Positions 46,755 through 58,221 of a stretch of 64,000 nucleotides of DNA are shown here, one piece after another. Source of the stretch: an uncultured Gemmatimonadales bacterium (GTDB taxonomy: Bacteria > Gemmatimonadota > Gemmatimonadetes > Gemmatimonadales > GWC2-71-9); contig CAWGED010000018.1 of NCBI GenBank assembly GCA_963821525.1, positions 259 to 64,258 of the forward strand, given 5' to 3'. A program made the position numbers and the translations under genes. Under the pieces are notes generated by a model that was not told where the DNA came from, searched no databases, and saw only the letters and a list, made by a program, of their open reading frames with translations. The first letter of the stretch is position 1. Each line of letters begins with the position of its first letter.

Positions 46755-47077
46755 GCACCGCCAAACACGCGGTCCGGGTAACGATCGGGGGCGAGGACTA
46801 CACGGTCCGCTCCGAGTTGCCCCCGGAGTACACCCGGGAGGTGGCGGCCTATGTGGACGCCGCACTGCGCCGGATCCGTGATATGATGCCGATGGTGGAG
46901 ACCCACAAGGCGGCCATACTGGCTGCCCTCGCCATCACCGACGAACTGTTTCAGGCACGCCGCGGCGACAGGGAGCATGCCGCGCGGATGCACGCGATGG
47001 CCGAGGACCTGGCCCGGCTGCTCCCGCCGTCCAAGCGGGGCCGCCGGACCACAGGGCCGCACTCCCTCAACGGTTGA
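46751..47077 (+). CDS. zapA: cell division protein ZapA
   Basis: VRVTIGGEDYTVRSE..AAILAALAITDEL. Confidence 0.8.
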   Translation: MSTAKHAVRVTIGGEDYTVRSELPPEYTREVAAYVDAALRRIRDMMPMVETHKAAILAALAITDELFQARRGDREHAARMHAMAEDLARLLPPSKRGRRTTGPHSLNG

Positions 47078-47150
47078 GTCTGCGGCGGACCGCGGTCCGC
47101 CGGCCTTCACCAACGCAGGCCCCTGAGGGGCGCTGCTGGAGATAGATCGC

Positions 47151-48728
47151 ATGCCGTCGTTTTTGATGCCGCTACTCGAGGGCGTGGCCGCCGGGGCGGT
47201 GGTCGCCTTCGTCTTCTTCTTCCTCTATAGCCGAACCCAGCGCAAGAGCGCGACTCGCACGCTCACGGCTGCCCGGTCGGAGGCCGAGCAGCTCGTGGCC
47301 GACGCCAGCCGCAAGGGCGCCGAGGCCCGTGCCGCCATCGTGCTCGAGGGCAAGATGGAAACGTTGCGGCTGCGGGAAGATCTGGAGAAAGAGTTCCAGA
47401 AGCGGCGCGAGGAGTGGGAACGCTTCGAGCGCCGGGCGGAGGATCGCGAGGCCGCGGTCGAACGGAAACTGGAGGAGCTGCAACGTCAGGAGCGCGGCCT
47501 TGCGGGACGCGAGGCGGGAATCACCCAGCGGGAGGATGGGCTCCGGCTGAGCGAAGCCGAGATCGCTCGTCTGGTCCAGGAGCAGCGAGGCAAGCTGGAG
47601 AGGATCGCGGGACTCAGCGCGGAAGAAGCCCGACGCGAGGTGCTGCAGAAAGCAGAGGACGAGTCGCGCGGCCAGGCGGCGGCGCTGGCCCGGGACATCA
47701 AGGAGCAGGCCAAGCGAAACGCCGACCGGGAAGCTCGGCGCATCCTCGCCATGGTGATCCAGCGCATCTCCGCCGAGTACACCGCCGAAAGCACGGTTTC
47801 CGCTGTAGCACTCCCCAGCGACGAAATGAAAGGTCGGATCATCGGCCGCGAGGGACGGAACATCCGCGCCTTCGAGCAGGCGACCGGGGTGGATGTCATC
47901 ATCGACGACACGCCCGACACCGTGATCGTGAGCTGCTTCGATCCGGTGCGCCGGGAGATCGCCCGGCGTTCGCTGGAAGCGCTCATCACCGATGGTCGCA
48001 TCCATCCCGGCCGGATCGAGGAGCTGGTCACCAAGGCGCAGACCGAAATTGCCCGGGAGATTCAGGAGGTGGGGGAGAAGGCGGCCTTCGAGGCCGGAGT
48101 GCACGGTCTTCATCCCGAGCTGGTCAAGCTGGTCGGCCGCATGAAGTACCGCACCTCGTACGGACAGAACATCCTCGAACACTCGAAGGAAGTGGCCTGG
48201 CTGGCGGGAATGATGGCCGCAGAGCTCAAGCTCGACGTGAAGCTGGCCAAGCGCGGAGCGCTGCTCCATGACGTGGGCAAGGTGCTGACCCACGAGAGCG
48301 AAGGCACCCACGTAGAGCTGGGCGTCGAGGTGGCACGCAAGTACGGCGAGAATGCCGCGGTGATCAACTGCATTCAGGCCCACCACGACGACGTGCCGCA
48401 CGAGAGCACCGAATCGGTCCTGGTCCAGGCCGCGGATGCCATCAGCGGCTCGCGTCCTGGCGCCAGACGCGAGGCGTTCGAGAGCTACGTCAAGCGGCTC
48501 ACCAAGCTGGAGGAGATCGCGACCGGGTTCGAAGGGGTGGAGAAGACCAGCGTCATTCAGGCCGGCCGGGAGATTCGCGTCATCGTGGTGCCCGAGAAGA
48601 TTGACGACGCAGCGGCGATGGTGCTGTCGGAGACGATCGCCAAGCGGATCGAGAACGAATTGCAGTACCCCGGCCAGATCAAGGTGGTGGTGATCAGGGA
48701 GACGCGCGCCGTGGGCATCGCGCGATGA
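47151..48728 (+). CDS. rny: ribonuclease Y
   Basis: N-terminal TM, coiled coil, KH ([15 protein letters not shown]), HD (LLHDVGK). Confidence 0.95.
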   Translation: MPSFLMPLLEGVAAGAVVAFVFFFLYSRTQRKSATRTLTAARSEAEQLVADASRKGAEARAAIVLEGKMETLRLREDLEKEFQKRREEWERFERRAEDREAAVERKLEELQRQERGLAGREAGITQREDGLRLSEAEIARLVQEQRGKLERIAGLSAEEARREVLQKAEDESRGQAAALARDIKEQAKRNADREARRILAMVIQRISAEYTAESTVSAVALPSDEMKGRIIGREGRNIRAFEQATGVDVIIDDTPDTVIVSCFDPVRREIARRSLEALITDGRIHPGRIEELVTKAQTEIAREIQEVGEKAAFEAGVHGLHPELVKLVGRMKYRTSYGQNILEHSKEVAWLAGMMAAELKLDVKLAKRGALLHDVGKVLTHESEGTHVELGVEVARKYGENAAVINCIQAHHDDVPHESTESVLVQAADAISGSRPGARREAFESYVKRLTKLEEIATGFEGVEKTSVIQAGREIRVIVVPEKIDDAAAMVLSETIAKRIENELQYPGQIKVVVIRETRAVGIAR

Positions 48729-49633
48729 GCGCGCGCATCATCGACGGGGTGGCGATCGGAAAAGCGATCCGTGCCGAAGTCGCCGCCGACGTTGCCCGGC
48801 TCAAGGCGAAAGGTGTGACGCCGGGTCTGGCGGTGGTCCTGGTCGGAGAGAATCCCGCCAGCAAGGCCTATGTGGGAAGCAAGGAGAAGGCCTGCGTCGA
48901 AGCCGGAATGCACTCGGTCAAACTCGAGCTTCCGGTCGAAACCAGCGAGACCGAATTGCTTGCCGCGATCGACCGGTTGAACGCCGATCCCGCGGTGCAT
49001 GGCATCCTGGTCCAGCTGCCGCTGCCCAAGCAGATCAACTCCAGCCGGGTGCTCAATCGGGTCAATCCCGCCAAGGACGTGGACGGGTTTCATCCGGTGA
49101 ACGTTGGCAAGCTCGTGATCAGCGACCCGACCGCGTTGCGGCCCTGCACGCCATGGGGCGTGATCCAGATGCTGCTCCGCAGCAATATCGAGATCAAGGG
49201 CGCCCATGCCGTGGTGCTGGGCCGTTCGACCATCGTCGGCCGCCCGATGGCGAACCTGTTGATTCAGGACGGCCCTGGTGGGAATGCGACCGTCACCATC
49301 TGTCACTCTCGCACGCGGGATCTGCCCGCTGTCACCCGCAGCGCCGACATCTTGATCGCGGCGATCGGCAAAGCCGAGTTCGTGAAGGCCGACATGGTAC
49401 GTCCAGGCGCCGTAGTGATCGACGTCGGGATCAACCGGGTGGACGACCCGAGCAGGCCCCGCGGCTACCGGCTGACCGGCGATGTCGAATATGCCCCGGT
49501 CGCCGAGGTGGCCTCGGCCATCACGCCGGTGCCCGGCGGCGTTGGCCCGATGACCATCGCGATGCTGCTGGCGAACACAATCCAAGCCGTTGAATCAGAG
49601 CAATCGAAGATTGAAGATTCTCAGATTGATTAA
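48725..49633 (+). CDS. folD: bifunctional methylenetetrahydrofolate dehydrogenase/cyclohydrolase
   Basis: [29 protein letters not shown]. The last ~10 aa are encoded by the heptamer array. Confidence 0.95.
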   Translation: MSARIIDGVAIGKAIRAEVAADVARLKAKGVTPGLAVVLVGENPASKAYVGSKEKACVEAGMHSVKLELPVETSETELLAAIDRLNADPAVHGILVQLPLPKQINSSRVLNRVNPAKDVDGFHPVNVGKLVISDPTALRPCTPWGVIQMLLRSNIEIKGAHAVVLGRSTIVGRPMANLLIQDGPGGNATVTICHSRTRDLPAVTRSADILIAAIGKAEFVKADMVRPGAVVIDVGINRVDDPSRPRGYRLTGDVEYAPVAEVASAITPVPGGVGPMTIAMLLANTIQAVESEQSKIEDSQID

Positions 49634-49681
49634 TCTGCGGCATTGAGTCAATCTTCAATCTGAAATCTTCAATCTGAAATC
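49601..49681. repeat. heptamer-array palindrome (GAAGATT GAAGATT CTCAGATT | CAATCTT CAATCTG AAATCTT CAATCTG)
   Basis: Read directly; the centre contains GCGGCATTGAG. Confidence 0.75.
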
Positions 49682-49685
49682 ACCT

Positions 49686-50825
49686 GTGACCTCCCCCCTC
49701 ACCACCGACACTCCCTGGTCCGTCACGCAGGTCGCCCGCATGGCCCGGCGCTACATCGAGGCCGGCCTCGGCATGATCTGGATCCGGGGTGAGATCGCGG
49801 AAATCAAGATCTACCAGAGCGGTCACTGGTACTTCACCCTCAAGGATGCCGAGTGCCAGATCCGCGGGGTGATGTGGAAGAGCGACGCACAGCGATTCGG
49901 CTTGCCTCCCGCGGTGGGCGCCCAGGTCTTCGTCTTCGCCAAGCCGACCATCTGGGAGGAGCGAGGCGAATTCCGGCTCAGTGCCACAGAGATGCTGGTG
50001 ACCGACCGGCTGGGTCTCGAGCACCTCGAGCTGCAGAAGATCAAGGCCGCGCTCGAGAAGGATGGACTGTTCGATCCGTCGCGGAAGCGCTCGCTGCCCG
50101 AGTGGCCCTCCTGCATCGCCGTGGTGACCAGTCTGGATGGTGCTGCCTTGAGGGACATCATCACCGTGGCCCGGAAGCGCTGGCGCTCACTGGAAATCCG
50201 GGTGATCGGCGCCAAGGTCCAGGGTGCCGAAGCCGAGCTCGAAATGGTGCGAGCCCTCAAACTGGTCAATCGGCTGGAGGGAGTCTCGCTGTGTATCGTG
50301 GCCCGGGGCGGCGGTGGCAAAGAAGACCTCGCCGTCTTCAACAGCGAAAAAGTCTGCCGCGCGCTGGCACAAGTGAAGGTCCCCACCATCTCCGCTGTCG
50401 GGCATGAGACCGACGTGTCCTTCACTGATTTCGTGGCCGACTGCAGAGCTCCGACTCCTTCGGCGGCGATAGAGCTGGCGGTGCCGGACAGCGCCGAGCT
50501 GATCGATCGAGTCAACCATCTGGCTGTACGGCTTGCCAACGCGGTGGGGCAGGGAACCCGGCTCGCGGTCGAGCGACTGGAGCGTTCGGGAGATCGTCTG
50601 CACGCCGCCGTGACCAATCTCCTGGAGCGTCGTCAGCGCCAGGTGGACCGGCTCGGCGCGCAACTGGACGCATTGAGCCCGCTGAAGGTCCTTGAACGGG
50701 GGTTCGCCCTCCCCCGAGCCGAGGATGGCCGGGTGTTGCGCCGCGCCGCCGAATTCACTCCCGCCTTGTCGTTCCGGCTCCGCGTCATCGACGGCGAGGT
50801 CCCGGCCCGAGTGGAGGAGAATTGA
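49686..50825 (+). CDS. xseA: exodeoxyribonuclease VII large subunit
   Basis: OB fold WIRGEIAE..GHWYFTLKD, then the catalytic region ARGGGG.EDL..FN. Confidence 0.9.
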   Translation: MTSPLTTDTPWSVTQVARMARRYIEAGLGMIWIRGEIAEIKIYQSGHWYFTLKDAECQIRGVMWKSDAQRFGLPPAVGAQVFVFAKPTIWEERGEFRLSATEMLVTDRLGLEHLELQKIKAALEKDGLFDPSRKRSLPEWPSCIAVVTSLDGAALRDIITVARKRWRSLEIRVIGAKVQGAEAELEMVRALKLVNRLEGVSLCIVARGGGGKEDLAVFNSEKVCRALAQVKVPTISAVGHETDVSFTDFVADCRAPTPSAAIELAVPDSAELIDRVNHLAVRLANAVGQGTRLAVERLERSGDRLHAAVTNLLERRQRQVDRLGAQLDALSPLKVLERGFALPRAEDGRVLRRAAEFTPALSFRLRVIDGEVPARVEEN

Positions 50826-51073
50826 TGGCCGAGGAAAATCGCGCCGAGGAGACACCGACGCTGGCCGAAGACCTGCGCCGGCTCGAGGAGATCGTCCGGC
50901 GTCTCGAGTCCAATGACGGTGATCTGGATCAGGCGCTGGCGCTCTTCGAGGAGGGTGTCGCACGCCTGCGCAGCGCCAGGGCGAGGTTGTCGGGCGCAGA
51001 GGTGCGGGTGCGCAAAGTGGTCGCCGACGCGCGGGGTGCCTTGCGGATGGACGATCTCGACGGCGAGCAGTAA
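50822..51073 (+). CDS. xseB: exodeoxyribonuclease VII small subunit
   Basis: 83 aa; LEEIVRRLESNDGDLDQALALFEEGV. Confidence 0.9.
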   Translation: MMAEENRAEETPTLAEDLRRLEEIVRRLESNDGDLDQALALFEEGVARLRSARARLSGAEVRVRKVVADARGALRMDDLDGEQ

Positions 51074-51076
51074 TCG

Positions 51077-51982
51077 GTGCGCGAGGAGGACTCTGCCCGG
51101 GTGATCCTGGCCGAGGCGCGGGAGCGAACCGACGAGCTCCTTCAGGCGTGGGCCGAACGGATCAGGGGCATGGTGCCGGGCCGTACCGGAGAGGCGCTCG
51201 CCTACGCGATGAACACGCCGGGCAAGCGCGTCCGGGCCGCGTTGGTGCTCGCTGCCTACCGGTCGGTCGGTGGATTCTCACCCGCGATCGCCGCGGTGGC
51301 TGCCGCGGTCGAAACGGTGCACACCTACTCGCTGGTCCACGACGATCTGCCCTGCATGGACGACGACGACCTCCGTCGCGGGCGTCCCACCACCCACCGG
51401 GCATTCGACGTTCCTACCGCGACACGAGTCGGCCTGCTCATGGTGCCGGTTGCCGCTTTGGTGCTCGCCCAGGCGGCGCAGGATCTCCGCCTGCCTCCCG
51501 CGACCTCCGGCCGGGTGGCGCGTGAGCTGTTCGAGGCGAGCGGGATCCGCGGGATGGTCGGCGGCCAGTGGCTCGACCTCGAGGCCGAAGGCGCCGCCCT
51601 CGATCTGAAAGGGCTGACCGCCGTCCACGAAGGCAAGACGGGCGCGCTGATTCGTGCCGCGTGCGTCATGGGAGCGCTGGCGGCCGAGGCACCGGCGGCC
51701 GCCGTCAACGCACTCAGCTCCTATGGGCAGGACATCGGACTCGCCTTCCAGGTCGCCGATGACGTGCTCGACGCCACGGCCACCAGCGCCCAGCTCGGCA
51801 AGACCGCCGGCCGCGACGCGGCGCTTGCCAAGTCGACCTATGTGGGTCTGCTGGGCGTAGAAGGAGCCCGGAAAGAGGCGCGAAGCCTGGCGAACCGGGC
51901 AGTCAAACACTTGCAGCGGGCCGGTTTCGCCTCGGGCTCGTTGGAGGCGTTGGCGGAGTATATTGTAACGAGACAGTCTTGA
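51077..51982 (+). CDS. ispA: polyprenyl (farnesyl/geranylgeranyl) diphosphate synthase
   Basis: FARM HDDLPCMDDDDLRRG and SARM FQVADDVLD. Confidence 0.85.
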   Translation: MREEDSARVILAEARERTDELLQAWAERIRGMVPGRTGEALAYAMNTPGKRVRAALVLAAYRSVGGFSPAIAAVAAAVETVHTYSLVHDDLPCMDDDDLRRGRPTTHRAFDVPTATRVGLLMVPVAALVLAQAAQDLRLPPATSGRVARELFEASGIRGMVGGQWLDLEAEGAALDLKGLTAVHEGKTGALIRAACVMGALAAEAPAAAVNALSSYGQDIGLAFQVADDVLDATATSAQLGKTAGRDAALAKSTYVGLLGVEGARKEARSLANRAVKHLQRAGFASGSLEALAEYIVTRQS

Positions 51983-51994
51983 GGCGAGGAGGCA

Positions 51995-52076
51995 GGAAGT
52001 AGGGGGTGGGGAATGGGGAGTAGGGCGTCAGCTTGAGCTTGGGAGCAAGCCCTACTCCCTACACCCTATTCGCTAC
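51995..52076. repeat. heptamer-array palindrome (GGAAGTA GGGGGTG GGGAATG GGGAGTA GGGCGTC | GCCCTAC TCCCTAC ACCCTAT TCGCTAC)
   Basis: Read directly. Confidence 0.7.
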
Positions 52077-52101
52077 AACCTGCCGTGCCCAAACCCAAAA
52101 C

Positions 52102-54000
52102 ATGACCCTTCTTCCATCCATCCACAGCCCCGCCGATCTCAAGGCCATCCCCCGGGAGCAACTCCCCGAGCTGGCCCAGGAGATTCGCACTCGGCTGATC
52201 GAATGTGTCTCCCTGACGGGTGGTCACATCGGCGCCAGCCTGGGAACCGTGGAGCTGGCCATCGCGCTCTTGTACGAGTTCGATTCCCCGCACGACAAGA
52301 TCCTGTGGGATGTGGGACACCAGGCATACGCGTGGAAGCTGCTGACCGGCCGCAACGATCGCTTCCCCACACTGCGGCAGACCGATGGAGTCTCCGGCTT
52401 TCTCAAGCGGGACGAGAGCGAGCACGACCAGTTCGGCGCGGGACACGCGGCCACCGCCATGTCGGCGGCACTGGGGATGGCCACGGCCCGCGACCTCAAG
52501 GGCGAGAACTACAAGGTCGTTGCCGTGGTAGGAGACGGTGCGCTCACGTCGGGTCTCAGCTACGAGGGGATGAATAACGCCGGTCACTCCGACCGGGACA
52601 TCATCCTGATCGTGAACGACAACGGGATGTCGATTTCTCCCAATGTCGGCGCCATCAGCAAGACACTGGGCGCCATCGTCGCGATGCCGGTCACCAACCG
52701 GTTCCGGGAGCGGCTCAAGCATTTCACCATCCGGCTGAGCCACGTCTTCGGTGAAGGTGTGGTGGACTTCGCCAAGAACGTGGAGGAGAGCGCCAAGAAT
52801 CTCTTCTCCGAAGGAATGCTGTTCGAGGAGCTGGGCTTTCGCTACTTCGGTCCGATTGACGGGCACGATATCAAGAAGCTGTCGGATACCTTGCGCTTCG
52901 TGAAAGGAATGTCGGGCCCCCGCGTGGTCCACGTGCTCACGGAGAAGGGGAAGGGCTTCGCCTTCGCCGAATCGAATCGGGAGAAGTGGCACGGTCTCGC
53001 CGCCTACGATCCGGTGACCGGCGAAGCGCGGAAGAAATCTTCCGGCCCTCCCACCTGGACCCAGGTATTCGGCGATGCCATCTCGGCACTCGCGGCCGAT
53101 CATCCGGATCTGGTGGCGATCACCGCCGCGATGCCCAGCGGCACGGGAACCAACATCTTCCAGAAGAAGTGGCCCAACCGGTTCTTCGACGTCGGGATCG
53201 CCGAAGGCCACGCGGTCACTTTTGCCGGTGGGCTCGCGACTCAAGGTGTCCGGCCCATCGTCGCGATCTATAGCACGTTCCTGCAACGGGCGTACGACAA
53301 CATCATCCACGACATCGCGGTCCAGCACCTTCCGGTGATCTTCTGCATGGACCGCGCTGGCCTGGTGGGCGAAGATGGCCAGACCCACATGGGGCTCTAC
53401 GACATCGCTTACATGCTGGCGGTGCCGGGGATGACGGTGACGGCGCCCAAGGATGGCGATGAGCTGGCGGGCCTGCTCAAGACTGCTCTGACTCACGATG
53501 GCGGTCCCTTCTGCACCCGGTACCCCCGGGACAAGGCGCCGGCCGATCCGCGTCCCGTCGCCGAGGTGGAGCCGGTGCCTTATGGGACGTGGGAGATTCT
53601 GCGCCGCGGCAAGGACCTCGCGATTCTCGCCGTGGGTACGATGGTCCAGCCGGCCCTCGCCGCGGCCGAGACCCTGGCCTCCGAAGGGCTCGATTGCGCA
53701 GTGGTGAACTGCCGCTTCCTCAAGCCGCTCGACGCCGGCACCCTGGGCGAGCTGACCCAGGAGTACCGCACCTTCGTGACCATCGAGGAAGGCACCGTGG
53801 TGAACGGGTTCGGCGCTTACCTCTCCGAGGTCATGCAGACCACCTATCCCGAGGCGCGAGTCATCGCACTCGGCGTCCCCGACAGACTGATCGAACAGGC
53901 CCCGCGTGCCGAGCAGCTCGAAATGTTCGGGCTCACGGCGCAGGGCATCGCCCGCCGGATCCGCACGCTGTCCAGCGAGGAGAGCATCGCCGCCCGATGA
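52102..54000 (+). CDS. dxs: 1-deoxy-D-xylulose-5-phosphate synthase
   Basis: GGHIGASLG..WDVGHQAY..GDGALTSG..GIAEGHAV. ATG 52102; the upstream part of ORF 52033 is repeat. Confidence 0.95.
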   Translation: MTLLPSIHSPADLKAIPREQLPELAQEIRTRLIECVSLTGGHIGASLGTVELAIALLYEFDSPHDKILWDVGHQAYAWKLLTGRNDRFPTLRQTDGVSGFLKRDESEHDQFGAGHAATAMSAALGMATARDLKGENYKVVAVVGDGALTSGLSYEGMNNAGHSDRDIILIVNDNGMSISPNVGAISKTLGAIVAMPVTNRFRERLKHFTIRLSHVFGEGVVDFAKNVEESAKNLFSEGMLFEELGFRYFGPIDGHDIKKLSDTLRFVKGMSGPRVVHVLTEKGKGFAFAESNREKWHGLAAYDPVTGEARKKSSGPPTWTQVFGDAISALAADHPDLVAITAAMPSGTGTNIFQKKWPNRFFDVGIAEGHAVTFAGGLATQGVRPIVAIYSTFLQRAYDNIIHDIAVQHLPVIFCMDRAGLVGEDGQTHMGLYDIAYMLAVPGMTVTAPKDGDELAGLLKTALTHDGGPFCTRYPRDKAPADPRPVAEVEPVPYGTWEILRRGKDLAILAVGTMVQPALAAAETLASEGLDCAVVNCRFLKPLDAGTLGELTQEYRTFVTIEEGTVVNGFGAYLSEVMQTTYPEARVIALGVPDRLIEQAPRAEQLEMFGLTAQGIARRIRTLSSEESIAAR

Positions 54001-54866
54001 AGGTCGGAGTGGTCGGAAACCCGCGATACGCCGACCTCAAGGCGGTGCTGCAACAGTTGTCTCGCGAAGCGCCGTCGCGTGGCATCTCGCTGGTTACCGA
54101 GCCCAGTCTCACGCCTCTCTGGGACCTGAACCTCCCCCTGCTGGACGAAGTACCCGTGGATGCGCTCCTCACCTTTGGTGGGGACGGTACCTTGCTCCGC
54201 GGCATGCGGCTGCTCAATGGCCGCGAGGCTCCGATCCTGGGAGTCAATTTCGGCCGGGTCGGATTTCTCACCACCGCCGACCGCGACGGACTGATCCCCG
54301 CGCTCGATGCGCTGGTGTCGGGGCGCTATGTCCTCGAGCGCCGTCTGGTCCTCGTCGCCTCGATCATCAGCGACGGCGGCGGAGTCCGGAGCGAGCAGAT
54401 GGCGCTCAACGACGTCGCGATCCACAAGAGCGGCGTCGCCCGGGTCATCCGGGTGCGGGTCACGGTAGACGGTGAAAACGTCGGTCCTTACAGTGCGGAC
54501 GGGATCGTGGTCGCGACTCCAACCGGCTCGACCGCCTACTCGCTTAGTGCCGGTGGTCCCATCGTAGTACCGGGCGTCGAAGCCATGATTGTCACACCGG
54601 TCTGCGCTCATACCCTCGCGGTTCGCCCTCTCGTGGTGCCCGCCGACTCGGTCATCTGTATCGAGCCTCTCGCCCCGGGGACGGATGACATTCTTCTCTC
54701 CTATGACGGTCAGGTCGGTACTATGGTGGCCCTGGGAGATCGGGTGTATGTGCGACGCGCACCCAGCGCGGCATTGTTGATCCGAATCGGGCAGGAAGGC
54801 TACTTCTCCCGGATGCGGCAGAAGCTGGGCTGGGGAGATCTCTCCGAACGGGAAGTCATCCGGTGA
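53997..54866 (+). CDS. nadK: NAD kinase
   Basis: TFGGDGTLL..NFGRVGFL..ATPTGSTAYSLSAGGP. ATGA overlap with dxs. Confidence 0.9.
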   Translation: MKVGVVGNPRYADLKAVLQQLSREAPSRGISLVTEPSLTPLWDLNLPLLDEVPVDALLTFGGDGTLLRGMRLLNGREAPILGVNFGRVGFLTTADRDGLIPALDALVSGRYVLERRLVLVASIISDGGGVRSEQMALNDVAIHKSGVARVIRVRVTVDGENVGPYSADGIVVATPTGSTAYSLSAGGPIVVPGVEAMIVTPVCAHTLAVRPLVVPADSVICIEPLAPGTDDILLSYDGQVGTMVALGDRVYVRRAPSAALLIRIGQEGYFSRMRQKLGWGDLSEREVIR

Positions 54867-56517
54867 TTTCCGAGCTCCGCGTTCGGGACCTCGCCACCAT
54901 TTCCGAAGTCGTCCTCCAACTCGGCTCCGGCCTCAACGTCCTCACCGGTGAGACCGGTGCGGGAAAGTCCATGCTGGTGGACGCGATGGCGCTCCTGTTG
55001 GGCGAGCGGGCCGACAGCAGCATGGTGCGGCCTGGGGCCGGGCGGGCCATCGTCGAGGGAGCATTCGAGCTGACGGATCCGGCTCTCCGGCGCCGCCTCG
55101 ATGCTGCCGGGCTCGATTCCGAGGATGACCGCTGATCATTCGCCGCGAGGTTTCCAGCGACGGGCGATCCAGGGCCTGGATCAACGGCAGTCCGACGACG
55201 GTCGCCATGCTGGGTCGGATCGGAGCCCTGCTCGTAGATCTGCACGGCCAGCACGAGACCCAATCGCTGCTTCACGCCGAGGCACAGCGCGACATCCTGG
55301 ATGCCTTCGCGGATGCGATGGCTGAACGGGCCGCGCTGGCCGAAACGCACGCCGCGGCGACCACGCTGGCCAACGAAGAAGCCGCTCTCATCGCCCGGCG
55401 CGACGAGGCGCTGCGCCGGGCCGACTACCTGCGCCACGTGGTGGACGAGATCGATCGGGCGAAGCTCAAGAGTGGGGAAGACGAAAGCCTCGACGCCGAA
55501 GCGCGCCGGTTGAATCACGCCGGAACGCTGGGTGAGCAGGCTCGGAAATTGGGCGGGCTGCTGGATGACGAAGAGGCCGGTGTGCTCCACGCCCTCGGTC
55601 AGGCTGACCGGCTCCTGGGCCAGCTCGATAAGGTGGATCCCGGGGTGACGCCGTGGCGGGAGCTGCTGGACACCGCCTACAACAATCTTTCGGAACTCGC
55701 GCGCCTGGCCGCTGAGTACGCCGAGTCGGTGCAGGAGGATCCGGCGCGCCTCGCGGAGATCGAACGCCGGCGCGACGTGCTGTTCCGGCTGCGGCAGAAA
55801 CACGGGGCGACGATCGAGGCGATCCTCGACACCCGCCGCCAGGCCGCGGCCGAGCTGGAGCTGCTCGATACGGCCGAGACCGACCTCCGCGCCATCGCGG
55901 CTCGCCGTACCGCGCTGGATGCGACGCTAAAGAGTGCCGCCGGGGCGCTCAGCACCAAGCGAAACGACGCGTCGGGCCGGCTCTCCCGCGCGGTCAACCG
56001 AATGCTGCCCGCGCTCGGATTGCCAGGCGGGAAGTTCTCTCTCGAACTGTCGCCGCTTTCAACGATTCAGGCGCAGGGGCAGGAATCCGTCGTCTTCATG
56101 GTACGGCTCAACGAGGGCATGGAGTGGCGTCCGCTCGCGCGCTCCGCATCGGGCGGAGAATTGTCCCGCCTCATGCTCGCACTGAAGGTCGTCCTTGCTC
56201 GGCACGACGCCGTTCCGACTCTCATCTTCGACGAGCTGGATCAGGGGGTCGGCGGCGAGGTGGGTGCGCAGGTAGGGAGTGCCTTGGCCCAGGTCGCCGA
56301 GCGGCGGCAGGTTCTCGTGATCACCCATCTCCCTCAGATTGCGGCCCGCGCCACCCGGCACCTCGTCGTGTCCAAGCAGGCCCGGCAGGGAATCGCGACC
56401 AGCGACGTGGAAGTGATCCACGGCGAAGACCGCATTACTGAGCTGGCGAGGATGTTGGGGGATGCGGATGCCGATACGGCAAGGCGGCATGCTCAAGCAA
56501 TGCTTGAGAGTACCTAG
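54863..56517 (+). CDS. recN: DNA repair protein RecN, one frame break at about 55131
   Basis: Walker A GETGAGKS (ORF 54863). LIIRREVSSDGRSRAWINGSPTTV..LHGQHETQSLL and the signature SGGELSR with Walker B LIFDELD are in the ORF 55207 frame. Confidence 0.9.
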
Positions 56518-56608
56518 TACCTAGTACCGAGTACCGAGAGTCGGCTCGAGGACTCGCGGGGCAGGAGAGCTGCAGTTACTAGGTACTCGGTACTAGGTAC
56601 CCGGTACT
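56509..56608. repeat. heptamer-array palindrome (AGTACCT AGTACCT AGTACCG AGTACCG | TTACTAG GTACTCG GTACTAG GTACCCG GTACT)
   Basis: Read directly. Lies between convergent recN and the outer-membrane gene. Confidence 0.75.
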
Positions 56609-58195
56609 ATTGCCAAAACCTCCGATAAAACCGAATCGCCCCCCGGACCGTTTCCGATCCCGGAACCCGACCCCCAGTCGCACTCAGTACTCGCTCATAG
56701 GTCAGCGTCGCATCGATCGGCAGGCCGCACTTGCCGTTCTGGCACTCGTGCGCCGCACGACCCACATACGTGAGACCGGCGGTGAACGAGGTGGCGCTGC
56801 GGGCGGATTCCTGGGCGAGGAGCCCGGCGCTCACTCCGGAGATCACGTCGCTCGACTGCGAGGTAGCTCGCCGAGCCTTCCGCTTCATGCCAGTAGGAAA
56901 CTCCGGCCGTGATCGCGAGTTGTGGTGCCAGCCGGAAGAACGGTTGAGCACTCAGCGAGTAGAGATCGCCAGGATCGAGTGTCACTCTCGAGGAGCGATT
57001 GGCAAATGGAATCGGTTGGTCGGGTGGCGTCACCCGCAGGGCGCGGTCGCTGGAGAAACGACGCTGATAGTTTCCGATCAGCCGGGCGCCGATGCGGCCG
57101 TAGCCCAGGTCGGCGGTGAGGCCGCCATGCACCTCGTACCGTTTGTTTCCCGTGCCGACGTCCAGAAAATTCAGTGGATCCTCGGCCTTCCCGGTGGGCA
57201 GCACGACAGACCCCTCGGCGACGACACGGACTCCGCCGAGTCCCTTCTTCCCGTCCCAATCGTCTATCAGGGTGTAGACGGCTCCGATCTCCACGTCGCC
57301 GATCTGTGAGAGCTGCGCCTCTTGCAAGGGAAATCCCTGGACCGGACCGAAGGGATTGGAAACGAAAGCGTTGATGTCGTTGGCAGAAAGCCGGCCTGTG
57401 GGAAGCGGCACTATCGACGTAAAGCCCTGGCACGTTGAGGCCGGTGGGATTTGACAACGTGTCCTGGAGATCGCTGATGCTTTCAAGCACCGCGACACCA
57501 GCGGTGCTGGTATCGACCGGCAGGAATGGGGAAGCGGTAACAGGATCGTTGCTGACGGCGCCCAGACGAGACCGCAGCGCAGCTGCCTGTTGCTCTACGG
57601 CGCTCGCATGATTCCGGAGTGGCGAGCCCGGAGGCCCATAGGCTCCGTTAGAGATATTCGTGCGCAGGGTGTTCAGGGCCTGATCGAAGTCGGTGAAAAA
57701 CTGCTGTGCGGCTGATTGGCCCGGTCCTGTCCCGAGGGTCGGGTGGGCGGGATTGAATCCGGCGTTAGCGGTCGTGGAGTCCAGTTGGAATCGGGCCTGG
57801 ACCCTGGTGGTGACGATTGGAATGTTGGTGAAGAGGGTCAGTCCGCGCGTCAGGCCAACCGCGAACCCGAGGCCTGCGGTAGTCACCGTGACTCCACCGT
57901 TGGCCACCTGCTTGCCAAGATTGATCTGGTATGCGCTATTCCCGATGATGGCGCCGATGGCCGTGTCGGCCGTGATCAGGTCGGGCCAGAAGCTGCTGCC
58001 CAGGGCCGGGCGGGAGAAATCGGCGAGGTAGTCCTGCTCGTTGCCGTTCAGGAAGCGGGAATTGTAGCTCGTCCAATCGCCGGAGAGCGTGAATCGAACC
58101 ACGCCCCTCGGTACGCCGATCGGTTCCAATTGTGCCTGAGAGGGCTGGGCGCCGAGCGCGATTCCCCCCACCACCAGCCACACCAGATGCTTCAA
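56607..58195 (-). CDS. putative outer-membrane protein, two frame breaks (about 57425 and 56850-56880)
   Basis: Signal peptide LKHLVWLVVGGIALGAQPSQAQ (TTG 58195). Beta-rich body continues through ORFs 56885-58252, 56695-57498 and 56607-56951. Confidence 0.6.
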
Positions 58196-58221
58196 GCAGC
58201 CTCCAGGGAGATGGATAGTCG

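Noticed and set aside
47083-47102. The perfect 20-nt palindrome CGGCGGACCGCGGTCCGCCG after zapA, as an intrinsic terminator.
   Set aside because: There is no U-tract, and rny follows 49 nt later on the same strand. It may be a structural or processing hairpin, but the evidence is insufficient to call a terminator.
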